From NCBI GenBank assembly GCA_963810935.1, contig CAWEPK010000009.1, positions 128,001-192,000 of the forward strand: a DNA stretch of 64,000 nucleotides. The letters run 5' to 3'. The notes beneath the pieces were generated by a model. It was given only the letters and a program-made list of their open reading frames with translations. It ran no database searches and was not told the DNA's origin. Below, one piece after another: positions 19,781-29,783 of the stretch. The position numbers were made by a program, and so were the translations under genes. Each line of letters begins with the position of its first letter. Position 1 is the first letter of the stretch. This DNA is from an uncultured delta proteobacterium (GTDB lineage Bacteria > Desulfobacterota > Syntrophorhabdia > Syntrophorhabdales > WCHB1-27).

Positions 19781-21118
19781 ATGGCAAGGCATACTATCAT
19801 ACTGGGCGATTCGAGGCAGATGTTGGAGGTGCCTTCAGGGTCGGTCCACCTCGTCGTTACCTCGCCCCCGTATTGGCAGCTCAAGGACTACGGCTCGCCG
19901 ACGCAGATCGGCTTCGACGACTCCTACGAAGACTACATCAACAACATGAACTGCGTCTGGATGGAGTGCAGCCGCGTGCTCCACGGCGGGTGCAGGATGT
20001 GCGTCGTCCTGGGCGACCAGTTCGCCCGTTCCGTCATTTACGGCCGGTACAAGATTATCCCGATCAAGACCGAGGTCATAAGGTTTTGCGAGACTATCGG
20101 CTTCGACTTCATGGGCGCTGTCATATGGCAGAAGCTGACAACCTGCAATACCACGGGCGGCGCGAGCGTCATGGGCTCTTACGGTTACCCGAGGAACGGG
20201 GTAGTGAAGCTCGACTACGAATCGATCCTCATATTCAGGAAGGCAGGGGAGCCACCCACGGTGCCGGCCGAGGCGAAGCAGGCATCCAGGATCACTCCGG
20301 AGGAGTGGAACGTCTATTTCACCGGCCACTGGCGGCTGCCGGGGGAGAGGCAGACGAGCCACCTGGCGGTCTTCCCAGAGGAGATACCCCGGAGGCTGAT
20401 CAAGATGTTCAGCTTCGCGGGCGAGACTGTGCTCGATCCATTCCTGGGCAGCGGCACTACGATGTGCGCGGCTGAGAGGAGCGGCAGGAACTCGATAGGT
20501 TACGAGATCAACCGGGCCACCCTCCCGGTCATCGAAGAAAAGCTCGGACTGACCGCCCTCATCCACCCCGGGTCGTTCGAGGTCATCAAGCAGGACGGCG
20601 CGACGCCCCCGAAAGAGGAGCTTTTCACAGCGCTGCCTTACCTGTTTAAGGACCCGGCCGGGATCGTCCGCCGGATGGACCCCAGAGAAAAGGACTTCGG
20701 GTCGAAGATCGCGGCCGGGGTGAAGCCCCAAAAGCGCGAGCTGTTTACCGTAAAGGAGGTGCGCAGCCCCGAAGAAGTGGTGCTCTCCAATGGAGATACC
20801 ATCAGGCTGATAGGCATAAGGGGCAACGGGCTGACGGACAGGGAGGCGGTCGCGTGGCTGGAGGAGGCGACAAAGAACCAGAGGGTCTTCCTGATGTCCG
20901 AAGACGAAAACGGCGCAGGAGGCGAGGCCGCGGACATGCACACTGCCGGTGCGCCGGGCGCAAGGCAGTGCTACCTCTATCTCAAGAACCGGACTTTCCT
21001 GAACGCCCACCTTATCAAAAAGGGCCTCGTCGACGTCGATCTATCGTCCGAATACTCGAAGCGCGGGAAATTCTTAAGCTACCTCCGGCCCCCGCCGGCC
21101 CCCATAAAAAAAATCTGA
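19781..21118 (+). CDS. Beta-class DNA methyltransferase (likely N4-C) fused to a C-terminal SNase-like domain
   Basis: TSPPY motif IV precedes DPFLGSGT motif I; C-terminal GDTIRLIGI...CYLYL..FLNAHLIKKGL. Confidence 0.85.
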   Translation: MARHTIILGDSRQMLEVPSGSVHLVVTSPPYWQLKDYGSPTQIGFDDSYEDYINNMNCVWMECSRVLHGGCRMCVVLGDQFARSVIYGRYKIIPIKTEVIRFCETIGFDFMGAVIWQKLTTCNTTGGASVMGSYGYPRNGVVKLDYESILIFRKAGEPPTVPAEAKQASRITPEEWNVYFTGHWRLPGERQTSHLAVFPEEIPRRLIKMFSFAGETVLDPFLGSGTTMCAAERSGRNSIGYEINRATLPVIEEKLGLTALIHPGSFEVIKQDGATPPKEELFTALPYLFKDPAGIVRRMDPREKDFGSKIAAGVKPQKRELFTVKEVRSPEEVVLSNGDTIRLIGIRGNGLTDREAVAWLEEATKNQRVFLMSEDENGAGGEAADMHTAGAPGARQCYLYLKNRTFLNAHLIKKGLVDVDLSSEYSKRGKFLSYLRPPPAPIKKI

Positions 21119-21127
21119 CCGCTGTAG

Positions 21128-21162
21128 TTGACAATTTGCTGCACTAAACTCTTAATAAGAGT
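21128..21162 (+). promoter_or_regulatory. Promoter with palindromic operator for the small wHTH gene
   Basis: TTGACA-N17-CTTAAT; ACTCTTA-A-TAAGAGT palindrome at 21148-21162 abuts the ATG. Confidence 0.55.
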
Positions 21163-21396
21163 ATGGGATCAGAGAATAAGATCCTGAAATATCTCAAAAA
21201 GAGGAAAATCGCATCCGGCAGGGAGATATGCGGGTTCTTCGGGTTTTCCCGTCAAAATCTCAACAAACTCGTAAAAAAGCTTATCTGGAGAGGCGCAGTC
21301 ATCAAAGAAGGCAAAACAAAGGGCGCCATCTACAGGGTCGCAGAGAAGATAAAGAGCCTGCGCCAGCATGAGCAAATAGGCTTTTTGAAGAAGTGA
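21163..21396 (+). CDS. Small winged-helix DNA-binding protein
   Basis: ILKYLK...SGREI...SRQNLNKLVKKL...G.VIKEG..KGAIY. Confidence 0.7.
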   Translation: MGSENKILKYLKKRKIASGREICGFFGFSRQNLNKLVKKLIWRGAVIKEGKTKGAIYRVAEKIKSLRQHEQIGFLKK

Positions 21397-21465
21397 CGGG
21401 CGAAGGGCGCCTTTGCCCACGTAAAGGCATCCGTTCGCTTAAGTCAGCCGTGGTGTGATTATTCC

Positions 21466-22479
21466 CTAAAGTCCGACACCGTCGATCTTCGCCTTACAGA
21501 AACGGCAATGGCCGTCTTCCAGATCGGACCCGGTGACCGTAAACCCCGACCTCGTGATTACCGGCTTTTTGCAGGCATAGCAGTAGGTGTTCTCCCCGTC
21601 TATGCCGGGGATGTTCCCCGTGTAGACGTACCGGAGGCCCGCCTCGAGCCCTATCTCCCTCGCCGCAATAAGCGTCTCCGCCGGAGTCGGAAAACTGTCC
21701 TTAAGCTTAAAGGTCGGGTAGAAGGCGCTCACGTGCCAGGGCGTCTCGACGCCCACCTCATCCCTTATGAACGCGGCTATGCGCGCAAACTCGTCCACGC
21801 TGTCGTTGTACTTCGGGATTATCAAAGTCGTCAGCTCCACCCATATGCCGAGGGACTTGTAAACCTTGATCGAAGCCAATACCTCTTTCAGCTTCGCCCC
21901 GCAGACCCTCCGGTAAAAGCCGTCCGACATGCTTTTCAAATCGATGTTCGCAGCACTGAGGTACGGCCTTATCGCCTCCAGGGGCTTTGCCTCGATGTAG
22001 CCGTTGGTCACGAAATTATTGTAAATGCCTTCCGCTTTGGCCAGTATAGCGATGTCCGAGGCATACTCGTAGAACATGGTCGGCTCGGTGTAGGTATACG
22101 AGATGCTCTTGCACCCGGCCGCTTTCGCTTCCGCGACGACGGAGGCCGGGCCGATGGGGTAGCCCGCGATCTTGTCGCCGCTTCGGGGCTGCTGCGATAT
22201 CTCGTGGTTCTGGCAGTGGAGGCAGCGGAAGTTACAGCCTACAGTGGCTATAGAGAACGCCGTCGAGCCGGGGAAGAAATGGTATAGCGGCTTTTTCTCG
22301 ATGGGGTCAACGTGCCAGGAGCACGGATTGCCGTAGACGAGGGTGTAAAGCGTGCCTCCTTTGTTCTCTCTGACGCAGCAGATACCCCTTTTGCCGTCGG
22401 GGATCAGGCAGTGGTGCCTGCAAAGGAAGCAGGCGACCTTTCTACCCTCGCGCTTCTCATAAAAGGAGGCTTCTCTCAC
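21466..22479 (-). CDS. amrS: AmmeMemoRadiSam system radical SAM enzyme
   Basis: DPIEKKPLYHF, GCNFRCLHCQN, YTYTEP. Confidence 0.93.
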   Translation of the reverse strand: MREASFYEKREGRKVACFLCRHHCLIPDGKRGICCVRENKGGTLYTLVYGNPCSWHVDPIEKKPLYHFFPGSTAFSIATVGCNFRCLHCQNHEISQQPRSGDKIAGYPIGPASVVAEAKAAGCKSISYTYTEPTMFYEYASDIAILAKAEGIYNNFVTNGYIEAKPLEAIRPYLSAANIDLKSMSDGFYRRVCGAKLKEVLASIKVYKSLGIWVELTTLIIPKYNDSVDEFARIAAFIRDEVGVETPWHVSAFYPTFKLKDSFPTPAETLIAAREIGLEAGLRYVYTGNIPGIDGENTYCYACKKPVITRSGFTVTGSDLEDGHCRFCKAKIDGVGL

Positions 22480-22498
22480 GGCTACCCCCGCCCACTTA

Positions 22499-24934
22499 CT
22501 AGTGCGGGCTACGTCCGGACGTCGGCCGCGCGTATGCCCGGCTCAAGCCGGATGCGCGGTGGCCAGTCCCTTTCTTCGGTTTCTTGATACGCGCTTTCCC
22601 GCGGCCGCCAAAGAGGATACCGGTAACGCCGTCCATGTCCTTTACCGGCAGGAACTCGACCCGTCTTCTCACGTACGGCGGCATCTCTTCAAGCTCCCTC
22701 GCGTTGTCTGCGGGGATGATTATCCTGCCTATCCCCGCGCGCAGGGCGGCCAGCGTCTTCTCTTTCAGGCCTCCGATGGGAAGCACCCTGCCGGTGAGTG
22801 TAATCTCCCCGGTCATGGCGATCTTCTTGTCTACGGGCTTGCCCGTCAGGGCGCTTATCATCGCCACTGCCATCGTGATGCCTGCCGACGGACCGTCCTT
22901 CGGTATCGCGCCCTGCGGTACGTGGATATGCAGCTCCAGATCGTTGAACACGGTGTCGTTTATGCCCAGCGCCTTTCCCCGTGCCTTGATGTAGCTTAAA
23001 GCCGCCTGGGCCGATTCTTTCATTATGTTCCCCATGTTGCCCGTTAGGATAAGCTCTTTCTTGCCCTTCCGGACGGACGCCTCGATAAAGAGCAGGTCGC
23101 CGCCCGCCTCGGTCCAGGCAAGGCCGCAGACTACGCCGACCGTGTCTTCCTCGAGCACGTTCTCCGGCAGGAATTTAGGCCGGCCGAGCAGGTTGTGCAG
23201 GTTGTTGGCAGTCACCGTTATGCCCTGCTCGCTGCCGCCCGCGATCTTGCGCGCCACCTTCCTGGCCACCGCCGCTATCTCCCGTTCCAGGTTGCGAAGG
23301 CCCGCCTCCCTGGTATACTCCGTGATGATCTTCGTGATCCCCTTGTCGTTGAAGCGCAGGTAGCCCTTCTCGAGCCCGTTCTCCCTGATCTGCTTCGGGA
23401 CGAGGTGGCGCTTCGCGATGAGGAGCTTCTCAAGCTCGGTGTAGCCGGGGATGGGTATCACTTCCATCCTGTCGTGGAGCGCCGCAGGGATCGTGTCCAC
23501 CTGGTTCGCGGTGGTGATGAACATGACCTTCGAAAGATCGAAGGGGAGGTTCAGGTAGTGGTCGCTGAAGGCGACGTTCTGCTCCGGGTCGAGCACCTCA
23601 AGGAGCGCGCTTGCCGGGTCGCCCCTGAAGTCCATCCCGATCTTGTCCACCTCGTCCAGCATGAAGACAGGGTTGTTGGTCCCGCCCTGCCGCAGGCCCT
23701 GCATGATCCGGCCCGGCATGGCGCCCACATATGTCCTCCTGTGGCCGCGTATCTCCGCCTCGTCCTTCATGCCTCCCAGCGACATGCGCTGGAAGCTCCT
23801 GCCCAGCGCCCGCGCTATGCTCTTGCCCAGCGAAGTCTTACCCACTCCGGGAGGGCCGACGAAGCAAAGGATGGGCCCCTTCATCTCGCCTTTCAGCTTG
23901 ATGACGCTTAAGAATTCGAGGATCCTCTCTTTCACCTTCTCCAGGTCGTAGTGGTCTTCGTCGAGGATGGCCTTCACCTTTTTTATGTCTATGTTGTCTT
24001 TCGTCGATACGCTCCAGGGCAGTTCGACCAGCCACTCTATATAGGTCCTGAGCATATTCGACTCTATCGCGTCGGGATGCATCATCTCCAGCCGCTCGAC
24101 CTGCTTTTTTGCCTCTTTCTCCACCTCGCGCGGCATCTTCGCCTTCTTGATCCTCTTGCGCAGGTCTTTGACCTCTTCGTCGCGCTCGTCGGTCTCGCCA
24201 AGCTCGGAGCGTATGGCCTTCATCTGCTCCCTGAGGAAGTAATCCCTCTGGCTTTTGGTCATCTCTTCCTTGGCCTGCGAGAGTATCTTCGCCTGCATGT
24301 TCAGGAGCTCGATCTCTTTGCCGACGATCTCCGAGAGCTTGCGCAGCCGGGCGATGGGGTCTACGATCTCCAGTATCTCCTGTGCCTTCTCGACCTGGAG
24401 CCCCAGGTTGGCGCAGGCGACGTCGGCGAACCGGCCGGGCTCGTCTATCGTGTCCAGGACCAGGAGCACGTCGGAGGGCACCATCCTTCCCATCGAGACG
24501 ACCTTTTCCATCTCTTCCCTGATGTAGCGCATCAGGGCTTCCGTCTCCAGCGATATCTCCGTTATGAGCGGCTCTTCAATGGGCTTTATCCGCACCAGGA
24601 ATGTCGGGGTCTCCTGTACGTATTCCTCGATCTGCGCCCTCTTTAGCCCCTGTATGAGTATCTTTATCCTGCCGTCGGGCAGGCGCAGCATCCGCATTAC
24701 CTGGGAGATGACGCCCATCGAATAGATCCTGCCCGGCAGGGGGTCCTCGTCCGTAAGGTCTTTCTGCGCAGCGACGACTATGAGCCTATCCTGCGACAGC
24801 GATTTCTCGACTGCGTTTATGGATGTTTCCCTCCCGAGAAAAAGAGGGAGGGTGACGGAAGGATGCATGACCATGTCCCGCACGGGGAGCAGGGGCAGCA
24901 CTTCCGGCACCTTCAATGTTTCATTCTCCATCAT
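22499..24934 (-). CDS. lon: ATP-dependent protease La
   Basis: GPPGVGKTS, RRTYVGAMPG, PKDGPSAG. Confidence 0.98.
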   Translation of the reverse strand: MMENETLKVPEVLPLLPVRDMVMHPSVTLPLFLGRETSINAVEKSLSQDRLIVVAAQKDLTDEDPLPGRIYSMGVISQVMRMLRLPDGRIKILIQGLKRAQIEEYVQETPTFLVRIKPIEEPLITEISLETEALMRYIREEMEKVVSMGRMVPSDVLLVLDTIDEPGRFADVACANLGLQVEKAQEILEIVDPIARLRKLSEIVGKEIELLNMQAKILSQAKEEMTKSQRDYFLREQMKAIRSELGETDERDEEVKDLRKRIKKAKMPREVEKEAKKQVERLEMMHPDAIESNMLRTYIEWLVELPWSVSTKDNIDIKKVKAILDEDHYDLEKVKERILEFLSVIKLKGEMKGPILCFVGPPGVGKTSLGKSIARALGRSFQRMSLGGMKDEAEIRGHRRTYVGAMPGRIMQGLRQGGTNNPVFMLDEVDKIGMDFRGDPASALLEVLDPEQNVAFSDHYLNLPFDLSKVMFITTANQVDTIPAALHDRMEVIPIPGYTELEKLLIAKRHLVPKQIRENGLEKGYLRFNDKGITKIITEYTREAGLRNLEREIAAVARKVARKIAGGSEQGITVTANNLHNLLGRPKFLPENVLEEDTVGVVCGLAWTEAGGDLLFIEASVRKGKKELILTGNMGNIMKESAQAALSYIKARGKALGINDTVFNDLELHIHVPQGAIPKDGPSAGITMAVAMISALTGKPVDKKIAMTGEITLTGRVLPIGGLKEKTLAALRAGIGRIIIPADNARELEEMPPYVRRRVEFLPVKDMDGVTGILFGGRGKARIKKPKKGTGHRASGLSRAYARPTSGRSPH

Positions 24935-24949
24935 TTAGTTCTTGCCTCC

Positions 24950-25028
24950 ATTATTGGGGCTCAGCACCCCCTCCACGAGCAAAGCCCGTGGAGCCTCCCT
25001 GCTCAGCGCTTCGCATACGCTCGCTTTG
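24950..25028 (-). repeat. Dispersed structured repeat, copy B, abutting the lon SD
   Basis: Minus strand ACAAAGCGAGCGTATGCGAAGCGCTGAGCAGGGAGGCTCCACGGGCTTTGCTCGTGGAGGGGGTGCTGAGCCCCAATAAT, then GGAGG. Confidence 0.88.
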
Positions 25029-25055
25029 TTAGTGCAAGCAGCAGGCACGTTGATT

Positions 25056-26450
25056 CTACCCGGCAAAAAACGCCTTAAAGGCACGGTATGCCTCATATAT
25101 ATCCAGCTTGCTCGATATCTCGAACGGGGAGTGCATCGTAAGGATGGGGGCACCCATATCGATGATGTCCATGCCGTATTCGGCAAGGAACTTGGCGACC
25201 GTCCCGCCTCCTCCTTCGTCGATTTTTCCCAGCTCTCCCACCTGCCATACGACGCCTGCCCTGGAAAAAAGCTCTCTTATCTCTCCCATGTATTCCGCGT
25301 GGGCGTCGTTTGCCCCTACCTTGCCGGCATGACCCGTAAATTTCGTGACGCAGACGCCGGCGCCCATGTAGCACGCGTTCTGCTTCTCGTGCACTTCCTG
25401 CCAGTTGGGGTTGACCGCGCCGTTGACGTCGGCGCTGATTGCCTTCGACCTGAACAGCGCGCGCCTTATCACGGTCTCGACCTCGTGCAGACCCAGGCCC
25501 TCAACCACGTCCTCGAGGAAGACATGTATAAAATGGGATTGCGCGCCTGTGTTCCCCTCAGAGCCTATCTCTTCCTTGTCGGCAAAGATGGCGAGCATCG
25601 GCCGGTCCGGCTCTTCTTCCAGGTCGGTGAATGCGGTGAGCAGAGGGTAGGCGGAAGCCCGGTCGTCCTGGCCGTAGGCGCCTACCATGCTCCTGTCTAT
25701 GCCTACGTCCCGCGCCTTGAACGCGGGCACTGCCTCGATCTCCGCGCTCAGGAAATCTTCTTCCCCTATGCCGTACCGCTCCTCCAGCAGCCGGAGGACG
25801 CCAGTTTTTACCGGCTCTTTCTCCTCGCCCATGAGCGGCATGTTCCCGAAGAGAATCGTCAGCTTCTCGCCCTCGATCGCCTCCGAGAGCTTCTTCTCGT
25901 CCTGATGCTTGTGCGAGAGATGGGGGAGTAAATCGTCGATAGAAAAGACCGGGTCGCCTTCGTCCTCTCCGATGCAGAGAGTGACGATGCCGCCGTCCGC
26001 CTTGACGACCACGCCGTGCAGTGCGAGCGGCATTGCCACCCATTGGTACTTCTTTATGCCGCCGTAATAATGGGTGCGAAGGAGCGCCACGTCCACCTCT
26101 TCGTAAAGCGGGTTTTGCTTCAGGTCGAGGCGCGGGGCATCGATGTGGGCGATCACGATCCTCATACCATCCGCAACGGCAGCTTTGCCTTTTCTGAAGG
26201 CGATAACTTCCTTGCCTCTGTTCACCCTGTAATACCTGGCTGCCCCGGGGTCGTCCGTGAAGCCTGCGGTGCGGAGGGCCTGCTCGATCTGCACGGCCGC
26301 CTCCCGCTCGGTCTTGCCGGCGTCAAGGAACTTCTTGTAACCTTCGGAAAAAGCGAAAATACGGTTTATTTCCTCTGTCGATTTCTGCTTCCAGCCTTTT
26401 TTTTCCATGGGGGTTACCTTCGCTATGTGGATTTGGTTGCCCGGTTCCAT
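25056..26450 (-). CDS. apeA: M18-family aminopeptidase
   Basis: HIDAPRLDLK, HYYGGIKKYQW, GQDDR, DKEEIGS, MHSPFE. Confidence 0.92.
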   Translation of the reverse strand: MEPGNQIHIAKVTPMEKKGWKQKSTEEINRIFAFSEGYKKFLDAGKTEREAAVQIEQALRTAGFTDDPGAARYYRVNRGKEVIAFRKGKAAVADGMRIVIAHIDAPRLDLKQNPLYEEVDVALLRTHYYGGIKKYQWVAMPLALHGVVVKADGGIVTLCIGEDEGDPVFSIDDLLPHLSHKHQDEKKLSEAIEGEKLTILFGNMPLMGEEKEPVKTGVLRLLEERYGIGEEDFLSAEIEAVPAFKARDVGIDRSMVGAYGQDDRASAYPLLTAFTDLEEEPDRPMLAIFADKEEIGSEGNTGAQSHFIHVFLEDVVEGLGLHEVETVIRRALFRSKAISADVNGAVNPNWQEVHEKQNACYMGAGVCVTKFTGHAGKVGANDAHAEYMGEIRELFSRAGVVWQVGELGKIDEGGGGTVAKFLAEYGMDIIDMGAPILTMHSPFEISSKLDIYEAYRAFKAFFAG

Positions 26451-26479
26451 ATCGTCGTGCCGGGTTCGAGGCTGAAACG

Positions 26480-26656
26480 TCAGGAGGCAGGGTCGATCTC
26501 GCAGGCGTTGGTGGCGTCAATCTTCGCCGCTTCTTCTGCCTGACCCTCCGTAAGCTCTCGCAGGTATTCGCAAAGATGGAGGCGCTGGAAAGCACCCTCC
26601 CTGTATATAACCATATCATCGGGTTGTTTGGGCGCCTGGGACTTTTTGTCCGTCAT
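26480..26656 (-). CDS. Small hypothetical protein (58 aa)
   Basis: GAGGT upstream of ATG 26656; co-oriented and closely spaced with the aminopeptidase gene. Confidence 0.5.
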   Translation of the reverse strand: MTDKKSQAPKQPDDMVIYREGAFQRLHLCEYLRELTEGQAEEAAKIDATNACEIDPAS

Positions 26657-26716
26657 ACGATAGTTTACCTCATCCATCGCCCCGTTTCAACCCACCGAAA
26701 GCGGCCCGGACCGGCG

Positions 26717-26745
26717 TTGACAGGGGGGCCGGGCGTTGCCATATT
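26717..26745 (+). promoter_or_regulatory. sigma70-type promoter of the PagL-like gene
   Basis: TTGACA-N17-CATATT with TG extension. Confidence 0.55.
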
Positions 26746-26812
26746 TCCTAGTGAATCAATCTTCCGGCCGGCAATAAATGACCCTGCTGCAGGCGGCGGG
26801 GTATCCGTAGGG

Positions 26813-26894
26813 ATAAAGCAAGCGAATGCGCAGCGCTGAAGGGGGAGGCCCCGGCGGCTCATGCCGCCGGAGGGGGCGCTGACCCCCGGTAATC
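26813..26894 (+). repeat. Dispersed structured repeat, copy C (central hairpin replaced by a different pairing sequence)
   Basis: ATAAAGCAAGCGAATGCGCAGCGCTGAAGGGGGAGGCCCCGGCGGCTCATGCCGCCGGAGGGGGCGCTGACCCCCGGTAATC. Confidence 0.85.
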
Positions 26895-26918
26895 ACACAA
26901 GCGAGACAAAGGGACGGG

Positions 26919-27446
26919 ATGAAACGACTCCTTATGGGGCTGATCCTCGTTGTTTGCGCGGCTGTGCCGGCGTACGGCGTGGAACAGGCCATGAGCGTAG
27001 GCTATGGCATAGCTGCGTTCAACCCCGGACTGCACTTCGGCAGGATCGAGGGCGGAAGGAACTACGATTTCTTTCAGGTCACCTACCTCGTGGAAAGGCC
27101 CTGCACCGACCACCTGCCGCTCGCGGTCTTTATCGAGCCCTTTGCCTCTTACGTGAACAGGCCGAACTCCGGTGTTGATTTCGGCTTTTTCACCGGACTG
27201 AAATATTGCCTTCAAGGGGCCGACAAGAAGGGGTTCTATTTTACGGGAGGGACCGGAATGGTTTACTCCACCATAGGCTTCAAGGAACAGGGCACCCATC
27301 TGGACTTCACGCTCGAAGCGGGGGTGGGCTACCGCTACGGGCGGTTCTTCATCGAAAACCGTCTGCGGCACTACTCGAACGGAGCATCGGCCACGCCAAA
27401 CAGGTCGGTCGACGCAAACGTCCTCAGCGTCGGCCTCTACTTCTGA
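26919..27446 (+). CDS. PagL-like lipid A 3-O-deacylase / acyloxyacyl hydrolase beta-barrel
   Basis: Signal peptide, RHYSNG catalytic-type motif, terminal Phe. Confidence 0.8.
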   Translation: MKRLLMGLILVVCAAVPAYGVEQAMSVGYGIAAFNPGLHFGRIEGGRNYDFFQVTYLVERPCTDHLPLAVFIEPFASYVNRPNSGVDFGFFTGLKYCLQGADKKGFYFTGGTGMVYSTIGFKEQGTHLDFTLEAGVGYRYGRFFIENRLRHYSNGASATPNRSVDANVLSVGLYF

Positions 27447-27658
27447 AATACCGCACGGCTCCCTAAAAGCAGGCACGCGCCAAGGCCGCGAGCGGCCGGC
27501 TTAACTCTTCCGCCCGGTATCCGATAAATAGAATATATGGCTGCGGTCGGGCGGCGCCCTGGCCTGCAAGTGAGCGTCGTTTACGGGCCGAACCTCGCGC
27601 GGCATTTCGCGTCTTTTGAGGACGCCCGCGATACTCGAGGTTTCACCAGGGAGTAGGC

Positions 27659-28387
27659 ATGATGACAGTCGAAGACGTCAGCAGTGAAAAAGATGAAGCT
27701 TCCTTCAACGATTTGAGCAAACCGGGCAAATCGTTCTTTTTCCCTGTCGGTCTCCCATTACAGATTGAGATCAGCGGGGTCTCACTCAGGATGAGCAGCG
27801 TTTCGGTCGGTTACCTGGCAGGCAACTGGTTGATAATAAAATATCCCTCCACCGGCACTTTCGGCTCTATCGCGAGCAAGCTGTTCAAAGGCAACAAGAT
27901 CACCGTGCGATACGTCAATGAAGGGGACGTTTTCGGTTTTCAATCCGAGCTGGTGGGCACGACGGTAGAACCTATGAGGCTCCTGTTCATCTCGTTTCCG
28001 ACAACGATTGCCCGCCGCAGCCTGCGGGCCAACAGAAGGATCGAGTGCTACCTTCCGGCCGAAATCCAGGGTGAGAAAATTAAAGAAGGCGAGACCGTCA
28101 AGGACGGCATTATTCTCGATATAAACAGTGCGGGCTGCCACTTTACGATGGTGCGCGGGGCGGCCGAGCAGGTATTGCCCGATGTGCGGATGAACGACCA
28201 GCTCTCGATCAGCGTGCAGCTCCCTGGGACGCAGGACAAGGTCACGCTTTCGGCCATCATCAAGAACATCCACCGGGACTCCCAGAAAATCGGCCTGGGC
28301 CTCCACTTCGACGACATAGACGAGGAAAAGAAGAACAGGCTTGTGGAGTTTGTATCGACCCTCGAAAAATTTAGCTGGGAGAAATAG
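27659..28387 (+). CDS. YcgR-like PilZ-domain protein
   Basis: RANRR (RxxxR) and DINSAG (DxxxxG) c-di-GMP motifs. Confidence 0.85.
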   Translation: MMTVEDVSSEKDEASFNDLSKPGKSFFFPVGLPLQIEISGVSLRMSSVSVGYLAGNWLIIKYPSTGTFGSIASKLFKGNKITVRYVNEGDVFGFQSELVGTTVEPMRLLFISFPTTIARRSLRANRRIECYLPAEIQGEKIKEGETVKDGIILDINSAGCHFTMVRGAAEQVLPDVRMNDQLSISVQLPGTQDKVTLSAIIKNIHRDSQKIGLGLHFDDIDEEKKNRLVEFVSTLEKFSWEK

Positions 28388-28395
28388 AAAGGGCC

Positions 28396-29736
28396 CTAAA
28401 AAGGATAACCCAGCCCGGCAAAAATCGCGATCCCTTCCGAGCCCATGCCCATATCGACGCGCCCCACGATGTTCGGCCTTACGATCCCCCTGAAGCCTAT
28501 GCCCGGATTGAACTTGAAGTTCTTATGACGGATGTCCGTCAGGTTGGGCATTACCGTCCCCGCGTCGAAGAAAGGCGCAACCTCTATTTCGGCATCGACG
28601 TCAAAGAGATTCATGCGGGTAAGCCGGATACGCTCCTCAAGATTGCCCAGTATGTAGCTGTTGTCTATGAAACGGTTCCGGCCGTATCCGCGTAGTGTGT
28701 TCTCTCCACCGAGCATGGACTGCTCCAAAAACGGCACGTTGCTCCCCAGTGTCTGGCTGTAAGCGAAGCGGACAACGCTCACAATGTTCTTGTCGTAGGC
28801 CGGGAAATATCCCTTCATTTCCGCGTCGTAGTGCTGAAAACTGTCACTGGAGCCGAGAACTGCGGTGGACGCCTCGAATGTTGTCCTCCCGTACAGCCCC
28901 TTAGTGGGCGTGATGAGAGAATCCATGGTGTTGTAAATGAAGGAGACCCTCTGGGAATTGATCAGAAAGCCGTTAATGCCCGGGACCTGCTGCGGCGTAA
29001 ACACCTGGCCGATAAAGGGAAGTCCTTTCAGTGCGCCATGCTCGATATTAACGTTCCGGAACTTCTCGCCGACGGCTACCTGAAAGTTTTTAAAGATCTC
29101 GTAGCCGAGTGAGAAATTAAAACCTGTTTCCTGATCTGCATAATTTGACTGGTCCCGGCGGTGGCTTGTCGACTGAAAGCCGAAGAACCTGGCCGAGCCG
29201 TCGGTAAAATAGCCTGCGTAGCCGTTCGTCTCAAGCTTGGCGTCCATGAAAGTCTTGTCCCGGAACCTTACGTCGAAGTCCCGGTTTATGATGGTCGACT
29301 GCGAAAGGTTCACCTCGACCTGCTGGTTCAGCTTGGGGTAGTACGCCCCGTACAGCGTCATCGTAGACCCGAAGTTCTTATTGTAGTTGTATTGAGGCGC
29401 AAGGAGCGTCGAGACCTGATTCTCCTTGTTGTATTTCATAATGGCTGTCAAAAAGCCGTATGATGTGCCCTCATTAGGCGTTGTGGAGACAAAGGGCACG
29501 GGCACGTATGTGAACTCCTTATCGTGGGCCGGCGGTTTGTCCTTGGCCTGACTGCCGGGCTGTCCGGGGTCGGGCGCGTCAGGCTTCACCGTTCCGGCGG
29601 CGCCGGCGGCGTTTGGCGATTCATTCTTGAGCGATTCGACGGCTGGAATCGGAGGCGGCGTGCCCTCACCCGCAAACGCGAACGCAGCTATAAGTGGCAA
29701 TAGGAGAGCGAGCAAAAACCTGGTAGTAATCCGCAT
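28396..29736 (-). CDS. Omp85/TamA-like outer-membrane barrel without obvious POTRA domains
   Basis: Signal peptide, LGGENTLRGY loop motif, FFDAG, terminal YPF. Confidence 0.82.
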   Translation of the reverse strand: MRITTRFLLALLLPLIAAFAFAGEGTPPPIPAVESLKNESPNAAGAAGTVKPDAPDPGQPGSQAKDKPPAHDKEFTYVPVPFVSTTPNEGTSYGFLTAIMKYNKENQVSTLLAPQYNYNKNFGSTMTLYGAYYPKLNQQVEVNLSQSTIINRDFDVRFRDKTFMDAKLETNGYAGYFTDGSARFFGFQSTSHRRDQSNYADQETGFNFSLGYEIFKNFQVAVGEKFRNVNIEHGALKGLPFIGQVFTPQQVPGINGFLINSQRVSFIYNTMDSLITPTKGLYGRTTFEASTAVLGSSDSFQHYDAEMKGYFPAYDKNIVSVVRFAYSQTLGSNVPFLEQSMLGGENTLRGYGRNRFIDNSYILGNLEERIRLTRMNLFDVDAEIEVAPFFDAGTVMPNLTDIRHKNFKFNPGIGFRGIVRPNIVGRVDMGMGSEGIAIFAGLGYPF

Positions 29737-29783
29737 GGGGGTTGATTAGGATACCACGCAGAATGGCCCGACTGCAACGATAC

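Noticed and set aside
24935..25186. ORFs 24935-25186 and 51223-51654 sharing APRALLVEGVL
   Set aside because: The similarity is only the translated dispersed repeat, not a protein family.
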